Below, piece by piece: positions 1-11,050 of a DNA stretch of 35,972 bases; position 1 is the stretch's first letter; each line of letters opens with the position of its first letter. Under the pieces are notes generated by a model. It was not told the DNA's origin. It saw only the letters and a program-made list of their open reading frames with translations, and ran no database searches. The translations under genes were made by a program, and so were the position numbers. The stretch is from Octopus sinensis (Eukaryota): positions 1 to 35,972 of the forward strand of contig NW_021826264.1 in NCBI RefSeq assembly GCF_006345805.1, given 5' to 3'.

Positions 1-67
1 AAAATTAATTTCATGTAAGAAATTAAATTGTTTTATATTGCAGCAGAATATCTCTGCCAGGCTTAAA

Positions 68-182
68 ATTAAGTCCTGGGGTCGATAAGATAACAACTGA
101 GGTCGATTTCTTCGACTAAACCCTTCAGGGCAGCACTCCAGCATGACAAGCAGTCCACTAAATGAAACAGGGAAAATAATAA
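68..182 (+). mobile_element. 3' fragment of SINE family A
   Basis: aagtcctggggtcgat...ttcgactaaa...ctccagcatg...gcagtc...gaaaca resembles the tail of the full copy at 15866-16275. Confidence 0.55.
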
Positions 183-206
183 AACATTAAAATGTATGTT
201 GGTGGG

Positions 207-255
207 GTGCAACACTGACGAGGTTCAATAATACCGAAATAAGTCCGTGGTTGTC
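207..255 (+). ncRNA. Minimal hammerhead-ribozyme-like motif with degenerate stem I
   Basis: CTGACGA (215-221), stem II GGT/ACC (222-224/233-235), GAAA (236-239), GTC (243-245). Stem I pairing is poor. Confidence 0.4.
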
Positions 256-464
256 TGCCTCTGCTAAACAAAAGATCAGAAGCTCCATATTCTTAATTTC
301 TTGAAATTACCTCCCCTTTTCTGTGCAAGTCGCTTAATTTCCTTCTTTATTTTAAAATTCTTAATTTTATTTTTATTTTTCTATTTTTTATTTTTTTATT
401 TTTTTGCCTCCAAGTTATTTTCTTCCTCCAGGTGACAGGAAATTTTCCAATTAATAAAGTGCTG

Positions 465-586
465 CTATATATGTGAAGCGTACATCATTTTAATATAATC
501 TACATACAGTAGTGATGTATATGCATATATGTAGACACACCTACATACAAATATGTGTGTATGGTGTATATATATATAATATATAT

Positions 587-618
<32 letters not shown>

Positions 619-628
619 ATATGTATTA

Positions 629-666
<38 letters not shown>

Positions 667-845
667 CACACACACACACACAATATATATATACATATAT
701 TATCAGTAAGTGGTATTATATATATGTGTGTGTGTATGCAATATATATTATATATATATATATGTGTGTGTGTGTGCGTGTGTGTAATATGCGCGTGTGT
801 GCATGCATGTGTGTGTGTGCCTCTATGTGTGTGCCTCTATGCACG
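465..845. repeat. Compound (TA)n/(CA)n/(TG)n microsatellite
   Basis: Dinucleotide runs read directly. Confidence 0.9.
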
Positions 846-1888
846 CGTAGAGAAAGATAGAAAGATTGGTTTTTGTTTTTGTTTTTTCTTTTCTATGTTA
901 TGCCCTCAATACTTTTTCCTTTTTTTTTAACCTGAAAGCGTTTTAGGGATTGAAAATATTGCTCCAGGGTAAAAATTTTGAATTGTGTCTGGTGTCGCTG
1001 TTTAATCTAAAACTATCAAAGGAATTCTTCCCACCACCTTCCCCTCCCTTCACCCCCTCCCTGCTCTATATTGGAACAATCCCAACAACAGTTCTAGTTA
1101 CAATGACGTCGTCGACTAAACTGGCAGCGCTCTTAACTGACAGCGCATACTTTTTCTTCTTTCTTTGCCTTCTTACTTTCTTCATCTATTTTTATTTTAT
1201 TTTATTTTCAATTTATTTTTATTTTGTTTTTATATATTTTTTGTTTACTTTCTTATTCCTTTCATTGTTTTTTGTTTTGTTTTTTTTTTTTTCTTTCCCT
1301 CTAAATGTAATTGGTTAAGAAAGAGAAGGCAAGTTCTCAAAGAAGGAAAGTCGAGATTGAAGATACTCTCAGAACAGACTAGTTTATTTTTGCTATTTCT
1401 ATTTATTTATTTATTTACTTATTTATTTCTTTATTGTCTTTTGTGGAATATATTGATGGAAAGATGACTGTCAAGCCAAAGTTTTGTATTCTATGAATAG
1501 TGCTATTTTGTTTTAATTAGTGCTATTTTGTTTTAATTATTTGTTTTGTTTCCTGCTTATTTTCTATTTCTATGTTATCTTTCCTTCGTTTTACATTACT
1601 GTATAATATTATCTAACATTTTTCTGTAACACTTCTTTCATCTTTGCATCACCTTACGTCCAATATGGGACAAGTACCTATCGCCGCAAGTGTTTGGTGT
1701 CACCAAACAAACTCGTGCTCGCACACGCACACACACACAGAGCAAAGTGAGGGGAACAGACAAATACCCCAAAATAACAAGTGTAAAACAGAAAGTCTTA
1801 AAACCTGCTTACTCGGCGGGAAACTTGCGGGCATATAGTAGCAGCAACGACTCCTACCCCACCAAACGGCCTTCGTATTAGCATCGTG

Positions 1889-2291
1889 GGATCGTTTCGG
1901 TTTGAACGGCAGTTTTTAACATAATTTCTAAATAACTAAAAAAAAATTGAAACTTCGTATACTGGTAGAATGTGTTTATAAAACATCTTTTTCTCTTGGA
2001 AAATTCCATAGTTTGTAAGATATTTGTTGTTTTTTTCTTCAATTTCTGCAATTTCAACCAATCACTGACGTCTATTGAGGTAAAAACATTCTGTGCCGTA
2101 TGAATATGTCACTCGTTTAAGAAACAGATTGGGTTTATTTACATTTGTGAAGAAAGAAAGATACCCTTCCTCCCACCCCTAACCCTAACCCTAAAACAGA
2201 TTGAAATGCAATAGATACTAGGGTCATAATTATGGGTAACAATTTCATATGACACCACTAGAAAAAACTGCTTGTCAAACCGAAAAGATCC
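1889..2291. mobile_element. MITE (403 bp) with GGATC termini and 8-bp TSD
   Basis: Left end ggatcgtttcggtttga, right end tcaaaccgaaaagatcc. Flanks gcatcgtg (1881-1888) and gcatcgta (2292-2299). Internal (CCCTAA)3 at 2177-2194. Confidence 0.8.
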
Positions 2292-2399
2292 GCATCGTAA
2301 TATATCTATAACCGTATACTTAAACTGTCTCCAGAATCTGCTCCTCAACAAGGCGTCGTCGCACTATGTGTGTTTCCCTAATTAATATTTTACATATAG

Positions 2400-2462
2400 T
2401 TATGCGGGAATCGAACCTATAACATTATGATAGCGAGTCTACCATCTTAACCACTGGACCAT
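2400..2462 (-). mobile_element. Isolated tRNA-derived SINE head
   Basis: The minus strand reads tggtccagtggttaag...ggttcgattcccgc (Pol III box A and box B-like). No intact cloverleaf. Confidence 0.5.
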
Positions 2463-2829
2463 ACTCTTTCATACATACTTACAGATACACACACAAACAT
2501 ACACACACACACACTCAGACACACGCATCGCACACAAACCACTTTTTTGCACATCGAAAGCAGAGAAATATATTCACTTTCTTACATTTCTCTCAAGGCA
2601 AGGGTTTTCAATATTTAAATTTATTTCAGTTCTTCTGATTCAAGTTGCATGTGATTTATATGTACTTCTGTTGTATGTGCATGCGTACATATATATTGAC
2701 AAGCCGCTGGTATTTATAGAGTGTTAAACACTTTCGGTATGCAAATTAGTGACTCCTTCACAGATTAATTGCTACATTTGTTGTGTATATAAAGGGTTTC
2801 GCTGCTTATGTCTCTGGAGACCGTTAGAA

Positions 2830-3861
2830 GGATCTTTTCTGTTTGATGGACGGAATTTTCTAGTTAACTGAAAAATTTGAAACTTCGTATACTGGTAGAA
2901 TGTGTCAAAAGAAAACATTATTGTAAACAAAATTGAAAACAAAATTGTAATTTGTAAGTTTAACGTAGTTTAATTCTACGAATTTTAACCAATGAAATCC
3001 CAGCATTTGAGCTCAAATCGTTTGCTGCGTTATCGATATTGATAAACAAACATAGCAGACGCACAACACACACACTCTCTGTCACTCTCTCTCTCTCTCT
3101 CTCAAACACATGCATATACATTTGCACAAGCACATAGTAATTAATATATAAGCGTACACTCACATACAAACGGACATATACATACGCACACAAGCATACA
3201 TACACGTTCGTGAGTTGCCTCTTGCCGCAACAAATTTACACAAAAGGTAAATAAACCAGAAGGAGGAGTCAATGTTTCATCGTTTCGGGGTCGATAAATT
3301 AAGTACCAATTACGCACTGGTGTCGAGGATTTTTTTCCCAATTTATATCACAGCCTCCGACAACCTGGGGCATCCTTTTATGAAAAAATATTTCGCAAAT
3401 TTTTACAATACGACTCACACTCCACGCGCAAACTCTAGACCGCTTTAGGCATATTATTGTTTTGTTTTTGTTGTTTCTGGCCCTTCAAAACCATGGGAGA
3501 AACCTTTTCGGTAAAAAAAAAAAAGAAAGAAAATATTCAAAAAATATCGTTAATATTTTTATTGGGCGACGAAATTCATCGATTTAAGAGATATAGCTGT
3601 TATTTCTAGCACATGCAGAAGCGAGAAGGATGAATAAGACGTGTGTGTGTGAGTTTTTAGACGCAGCAAATGATTTCAGCTCAAATGCTGGGATTTCATT
3701 GGTTAAAATTCGTAGAATTAAACTACGCTAAACTTACAAATTACAATTTTGTTTTTAGTTTTGTTTACAATAATGTTTTCTTTTGACACATTCTACAAGT
3801 ATACGAAGTTTCAAATTGTTTAGTTAACTAGAAAATTCCGTCCATCAAACCGAAAAGATCC
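2830..3861. mobile_element. MITE (1032 bp) with about 200-bp terminal inverted repeats and perfect 8-bp TSD
   Basis: 2830-3030 is the reverse complement of 3661-3861 with few mismatches. TSD cgttagaa at 2822-2829 and 3862-3869. Same termini as the 1889-2291 element. Confidence 0.9.
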
Positions 3862-4020
3862 CGTTAGAATGATGTGAACACCTCTGGTGTGAACACAATA
3901 AGGTTCGAAAATCGATTAAGTTGTTCAGCATTTTTTTTTTTTTCAGTTTACGGAGAAATGGCTAAAATTTGCCCAGTTTATAATTATACCATTATATATA
4001 TATATATATATAGATATATA

Positions 4021-4051
<31 letters not shown>

Positions 4052-4399
4052 AATTATGGTCATCACATATATATTTCTTTATTAGACCAAATTTGGATTG
4101 TACCTGTTACTAGAAGTCATTAAAGGTACGTTACTGATAGGTTTATTCAATGGTCTGTTGATCAGTTGAGAAAAAGTGAACGACCTAAAAATTATTAGTG
4201 CTACTTTCTTCAGAACCATATCTGGTTACACACACAAACACACACACGTGTTCGGGCTAAATTTGACAGTTTCCATAAAGGGAAAAGAAATCACAAAAAC
4301 ACATGCAAAAATAAACATTTTTTTTTTAAATCAAAAGACCACCAAATAAATTATGGCTGGGAGATAACTGTTTACTCAAAGAAACTGCCCTCAGCTTCC

Positions 4400-4900
4400 T
4401 CCGCGATCTCAAGACGACTCCAGAACCTGACATATGCATTCCTGACTGGGTCCCTGGTAAGATCTTCGAACACCATCTTGATCTTGCCCGCCAGCTTGTT
4501 CTTTGTGTAGCAGGTAGAACTGTCGGTGTCTTTCTCAATAGCAGCTCACACATAGTATTCCATAGGATTACAATCGAGGTAATTAGGAGGCAAGAAATTC
4601 GGGTGAAGTCGCAGAAATACTCCAATAACTACTTCTGACTCATTCCGGAGATGCGGTAAAGAGCCAAATGTTGCTGCCACACATATGACCTTCCAGCAGA
4701 ATCCATTCCCAACTAAGGATTGACCATAGTCTCCAGCAGCTTCGCATAATAATTGAGTTTAAAGCCCTGTCCAATGATGTGTGGATGAATTCTACGTCTA
4801 CGGCATCCATTCCTGCTGGCCGCGGCTTTGTAATCTCTGTTGCAGCTCCATGTCACGTCTCACAGCCTTTACGATGTTCGTAGAGCAGCAGATGGCTTCC
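4400..4900 (-). pseudogene. Decayed Tc1/mariner-superfamily transposase (DD37D/maT-like)
   Basis: Manual minus-strand translation gives AGRSYVWQQHLA...SQK*LLEYFCDFT/NFLPPNYLDCNPMEYYV*AAIEKDT. This corresponds to the FQQDxAP and WPPxSPDLNPxDYxVW motifs, with stops and a frameshift. Confidence 0.75.
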
Positions 4901-5047
4901 AGTCCTCCGTGTCAGCTAACTTTTTCTCAACTACAACTTTAAAATTTATGCTCTCCAACACCGTTGACTGTTCGCCAATATATCGAGCTATTCCTGAAGA
5001 AAAGAAGACATAAAAAGTCGTCAGATTCATCTCGATCACCATTCACC

Positions 5048-5088
<41 letters not shown>

Positions 5089-5116
5089 CGTGTGTGTGTG
5101 TATGTATGTATGTATG

Positions 5117-5147
<31 letters not shown>

Positions 5148-5172
5148 ATACAAATATATATATATATATATG

Positions 5173-5208
<36 letters not shown>

Positions 5209-5867
5209 AACACACACAAACATATATATGAAGAATAGAAAATGGAGCTATACAATTGTCAATTCAAAAATTAAATTTATTAACATAATTCTATATTATA
5301 TTTTATTCTTATAATAATATAACTTAATAAATAATAAATATTAAGCACAAATTATATACAATTGTTTCGATTATTAATCACAATAAAATCATAAAAATCA
5401 TTTGTTTGGGGGTAAAAATCTCTTCAGTGTAATTTTTGACATAGAATTCACATATTCACGGAAAGACTGAATTTTAATATATTTATGTTTTCAAGCGTAA
5501 GCGTCAATAATTAGAAACAAAAACAGATAAAAATAGAAAAAAAACGGTCATAAAATATATTTGTATACTATTAAGTATTTTAATCTAAATATATCTTAAC
5601 ACATTAGGGTTTTGTTTTACCAGGAACAATATTTAAAAAATCTTTTTTTAAATATTTAATAACAAAACATGGTGAAATAAGAAATATCCCTTTCGTTCTT
5701 TCATATTATTAAAAAAATACATGTTATTATAATAAAAGTACGCTATTTATCAATGGGTAAATAGCAAAATATATTTAAAAGACTATATCATCTCTAGTCA
5801 AATAGCAAATAATATTATAAATTGTATCGCATTATTTATGATAATCATTACTAAAAATCAAAGATTA

Positions 5868-6463
5868 ACAAGAGCACGCAAAGCGCGCAAACCTCCACCA
5901 AGGCAACACGAACGTCTTCTCAACGATTAGCCAGAGATGATTTTTAAAATGAGAATATCTGAAATAAACTCCACTGCTCTCACAAACGAAAATACTAAAA
6001 ATAAACCCGACCGCTCTCAAAAATTAAATAAAAAAAAAACGGAAAAATAATTTAGAATCCTTGTCTAGTGTCTGATCGATCCCAACGGTAGTCATGGAAT
6101 GTGAATGTGGCTGTAGAAAATTTAGTAACGGTAATAAATAGTTTATCTTTATCTAATACGAGCCAAAGTTAACAAAATCACCATTCAAAATAGTTACAAC
6201 CTAAAGGGAGATAATTCAGAAAGACTTGAAAGTTAACGTAAGAGTGTAATCATGTAAAGTAAATATAACAAATAATCCACAATCCTTGTCCGGTATCGGA
6301 TCGATCCCAAAATCTAACATTTCGTGCCAGTCACGAGGCCAAACATCCCTGAAAGTTTTATCCGAATCCATCCAGCGGGTCTTGAGTAATCTTGTCTATG
6401 GACAAACAAACTAACAAACAACACTGAAAACAATACCTCCGTCTTCGCTGAGGCGGGGGTAAT
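5868..6463 (+). mobile_element. Helentron/HINE-like non-autonomous element
   Basis: Starts acaagag... and ends in an 11-bp hairpin tacctccgtct/aggcgggggta (6434-6461). A related acctcc motif lies near the 5' end, and there is an internal short (aaac)n. The family assignment is from architecture only. Confidence 0.5.
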
Positions 6464-6569
6464 GACTAAAAATTACGTAGTTTATATAGCAAAGAAACTT
6501 TCTAAAAAATAATATCATAATAACATTATTGCGTAGAAATTAAATAAACGCTGAATTAACCAGTTATCC

Positions 6570-6622
<53 letters not shown>
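6570..6622. repeat. (AAT)n microsatellite
   Basis: Direct reading. Confidence 0.95.
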
Positions 6623-6623
<1 letters not shown>

Positions 6624-7267
6624 CATAAGGACTTCTTAGATGTCTTTTTGATAATTATTCATTTCCATACAAAAATTAAAATTAAAATTACTTAGTTTTT
6701 TTAGAGCAAAGATCTCATCGTAATGTTTATAGGCTTTTATATTTACGGAAGAATAGAAGAGACATAATTTCACAAAAGTAATTTACAAAGTATGTTTTTA
6801 TTATGGTGTACAATAAATATTATTTATGCAAGAATCATTTTTATCTATACTAAATAAATAAATAAAAAAAATTTATTTTCAGGGGAAATAATTCACTTTA
6901 AATCAATATGTTTATAATTTAATGCATTCATAATATAATACTAGAAATTATACTGTTGTTACTGGCGTTAGTCGTTATCCCGGTAAGCTGGTAAACCCAT
7001 TAGTGCGTCGTTGAAAAAGTGCTTGCTTCCCAACCACATGGTTCCAGGTTCAGTCCCTTTGATTACCATTTTATTCTGGTTGACCCTCATAGCCATTCAA
7101 TGTTTAAAAACTAGTTTTATAGATACTTCTTTCGAAGTTTCTAGTTCGTTTTTCACACGTTCACTCGAGCAAGTTTGCAACAGCACTCTCTGAGAGAACA
7201 TGTTTTATTGTCCGGAAACATGTTGAACAATGTAAAATGTGGGAGAAAGAAAATTAGTTGTTTCTTG

Positions 7268-7624
7268 TCTATATATATATAAAGCTGAAGTTGTCTGTGT
7301 GTGGCAGGTTTGGTAGCCTTCAACTAATACTATCTCCTACGAGACCTTGCGGGGCAAGTTGACCAAAATTGAGAGTATGATAAAAGACGGCTTGCTCTTC
7401 ATTCTGTAGGAGAAAAAAATCAAATCGCACCATGTTAAAACCAACAATTATTTACATCAATTTTTTGACTGCTGTATCGCCATTTTTCGGTGTGTTTCAA
7501 CCAGAAAAATGTTCACTTAAAGAGAATAACAAGCTACATATTGCAAAATTTTTACTTTTCAAAAATTTCAATTCTAAAGGGTAAAAAAAAACTAAACCCG
7601 AGCAACGCCGGGTAATACTGCTAG
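7268..7624 (+). mobile_element. Non-autonomous Helitron
   Basis: 5' TCTATATATATATAAAG, subterminal hairpin cccgagcaacgccggg (7597-7612), and 3' CTAG (7621-7624) followed by T. Confidence 0.75.
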
Positions 7625-7643
7625 TAATAAATATATCTAAACA

Positions 7644-7827
7644 GGCGCAGACGTGGCTGTGTGGTAAGAAGCTTGCTTCACATTTACATGGTTCTGGGTT
7701 CAGCCCCTGACCCCTGCGTGACACCTTGGGCAACTGTGTCCTGCCATAGCCTCGGGTCGACGAAAGCCTTGTGAGTGGATTTGGTTGACGGAAACTGAAA
7801 TAAGCCCCCCGTCGTGTATCCGTGTTG

Positions 7828-7858
<31 letters not shown>

Positions 7859-8070
7859 TGTGCGCGCATTTGATCCCTCCCCCATCACTGCTTGACAACC
7901 AGTGTTGGTGTGTTTATGTCCCCGTAACATTAGCGGTTCGGCAAAAGCGACCCGATAGAATAAGTACTAGGCTCAAGAAATAAAACCTGGGATCTATTAA
8001 AACCTGGGATCTTCGAGGTGGTGTTCCAGCATGGCAGCAGTCAAATGACTGAAACAAGTAAAAGAATAAA
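7644..8070 (+). mobile_element. SINE family A, full length, diverged
   Basis: ggcgcag..gtggctgtgtggtaag head, gggttcag box B-like, internal (TG)n, tail gactgaaacaagtaaaag. Confidence 0.9.
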
Positions 8071-8322
8071 AAAAAAAGAAGAAATCTTTGGATTTTTTTC
8101 ATGGACACTTAAAATACTTCTGTGGATAACAGTTTACTATTTTGCTTACGTGGAACCCCACAAAAAAAATTTTATATTGACTCTGGTTGTGAACCATGGT
8201 CTTAATCAAAACAAATGTTGCTTGTTGTCGTCGTTGTTCTTGATGCTGATGCTGTAGCTTGGCCTAGTTCAGCTCTGATTGAACAGACCTATGATGAGAG
8301 AATGTTCTAGCAGTGACTAACA

Positions 8323-8533
8323 CTCTTTTACTCTTTTACTTGTTTCAGTCATCTGACTGCGGGGCCATGCTGGAGCACCGCCTTTTGTCGAGCAAATCGA
8401 CCCCCGGGACTTATTCTTTGTAAGCCCAGTACTTATTCTATCGCCTCTTTTGCCGAACCGCTAAGTGACGGGGACGTAAACACACCAGCATCAGTTGTCA
8501 AGCAATGCTAGGGGGACAAACACAGACACACAA

Positions 8534-8564
<31 letters not shown>

Positions 8565-8741
8565 TATATACATATATACGACAGGCTTCTTTCAGTTTCC
8601 GTCTACCAAGTCCACTCACAAGGCATTGGTCGGCCCGGGGCTATAGCAGAAGATACTTGCCCAAGATGCCACGCAGTGGGACTGAACCCGGAACCATGTG
8701 GTTGGTTAGCAAGCTACTTACCACACAGCCACTCCTGCGCC
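8323..8741 (-). mobile_element. SINE family A, full length
   Basis: Near-identical reverse complement of 15866-16275. Confidence 0.92.
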
Positions 8742-9473
8742 TATATATTTGTTTTCAAGAAATAGCGAGTACAAGACACATGAAAAATCTAAAGGGATAA
8801 CCTTAACAAGTGATGTAATAGCACTGCTAACACAGTAGAACACGGTATTGACTTCTAAAGAAGTTTAATATACTTTGTTAGATATTATGGTTGCATAATA
8901 CCTTGTCCCTACAAGCCATTAATGCGAAGTAACTGCCTTCGGAGGGAAATTTAGCTGCTATTTCTAACAAGTCGCGTAACCGCTTTGAGTCTTTCTCGAC
9001 ATTACTCATTCTTGAATGTAGGCCGGTGACATCTGTGACGAGGAGAATCGTTCTATTATTATATAATCTGTCTGTCTGCCTTGTCTAAATACCTATTTCC
9101 CTACATACCTATTTCTGTACCTACTTACCTCGGCAGCTCCTGGTAAACTTTTTCAAAATCATTCTGGCTGAAATAGGGATACATATGGAATAAGGTTTCT
9201 GTTTGTCCTTCGTAAAAAAAAATCGAAGATACATGTTAAAATCTGATTTATTAATTCTGTTTATGCATATAACTTACCATGCATTAGTTGTCATTACTGA
9301 CCTACATACTTACCTGTACGATTCAGGTTAACACCTGACGCCTGACGACATGTCATTGACCTCCGTTACAATTTAATCGTAGCTATAGACATGTTGCAAT
9401 CATCGCCCCGCACCATCCTTTAACATACACACAAATATTTGCATATATACGTGTGTACACATACAATCTTCTC

Positions 9474-10093
9474 GGTGTTGTTGGACTGCCTCGAGTTCTG
9501 TGGTTAATTTAACGTTTTGTGTGGAGGCGCAATGGCCCAGTGGTTGGGGCAGCGGACTCGCGGTCGTAGGATCGCGGTTTCGATTCACAGACCGGGTGTT
9601 GTGAGTGTTTATTGAGCGAAAACACCTAAAAGCTCCACGACGCTCCGGCAGGGGATGGTGGTGATCCCTGCTGTACTCTTTCACCACAAATTTCTCTCAC
9701 TCTTACTTCCTGTTTCTGTTGTACCTGTATTTCAAAGGGCCGGCCTTGTCACCCTCTGTGTCACGCTGAATATCCCCAAGAACTACGTTAAGGGTACACG
9801 TGTCTGTGGAGTGCTCAGCCACTTACACGTTAATTTCACGAGCAGGCTGTTCCGTTGATCGGATCAACCGGAACCCTCGTCGTCGTAACCGACGGAGTGC
9901 TTCCCCCTAAACGTTTTGTGGTAACTGTAATTTGGAGCAATAATCTAGGCAACTGAGCTCGAATGTTTTCTTTATGAGCAAACAGGGTTTCTTTTTTGTT
10001 GGAGTTGTGAATGATTTCAGAGTCCAACCAGTCAGTCGCCTGCACATCGTTGCCATCATAATAATATGCGCGGAAAGATGCATCACCGCTCAT
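9474..10093 (-). pseudogene. CR1/L2-like LINE ORF2 (RT C-terminal) fragment interrupted by a SINE
   Basis: MSGDASF/AHIIMMATMCRRLTGWTLKSF...KTFELSCLDYCSKLQLPQNV, then the SINE, then KLTTELEAVQQH. This resembles the ILRTF...LEYCSxxWSP...LExVQR region of CR1-group LINEs. Confidence 0.65.
9521..9909 (+). mobile_element. tRNA-derived SINE family B (tail type 1) with TSD
   Basis: Box A tggcccagtgg and box B gtttcgattc. TSD aacgttttgt at 9511-9520 and 9910-9919. Confidence 0.9.
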
Positions 10094-10095
10094 TA

Positions 10096-11017
10096 TATAC
10101 GTACGTACATACATACATACATACATACATACATACATACATACATACATACATACATACATACATACATACATGCACGCATACACGCATACACACATAC
10201 ATACATACATACATACATACATACATGCATACATACATACATACATACATACATACATACATACATACATACATACATACATGCATACACGCATACATAC
10301 ATATATACATACATACACATACATACACATACATACTACATACATACATACATACATACTACAGACATACATACATACATACATACATACATACATACAT
10401 GCATGCATACATATATGTGTATGCATGCATATATATATATACACATATATATCCATATAGTACATACGACAACAGACTTACGCACATACAAACAGCATAT
10501 ATACTACATAGATACATACATAATACATACATACATACATACATGCATACATACATACATATGTGTATGCATGCATATATATATATATATATATATACAG
10601 ACATATATCCATACTTAGGTACGTAGGTACATACTGACTTACGCACATACAAACATGCATATATACATACATAGATACATAGATACATACATGCATACAT
10701 ACATACATACATACATACATACATACATGCATACATATATGTGTATGCATGCATATATATATACACATATATATCCATACTTAGGTACATACGTACATAC
10801 TGACTTACGCACATACAAACATGCATATATACATACATATATACATACATGCATACATACATACATACATACATACATGCATACATACATACATGTGTAT
10901 GCATGCATATATATACACATATATATCCATACTTAGGTACATACGTACATACAGACTTACGCACATACAAACATGCATACATACATACATACATGCATGC
11001 ATACACGCATACATACA

Positions 11018-11050
<33 letters not shown>

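Noticed and set aside
1122-1147. miR-34-like sequence TGGCAGCGCTCTTAACTG
   Set aside because: Seed mismatch and no pre-miRNA-length hairpin.
9521-9595. tRNA gene (also 25055-25126, 31495-31566, 33650-33721)
   Set aside because: These are tRNA-like heads continuous with SINE bodies and TSDs, without an intact cloverleaf.
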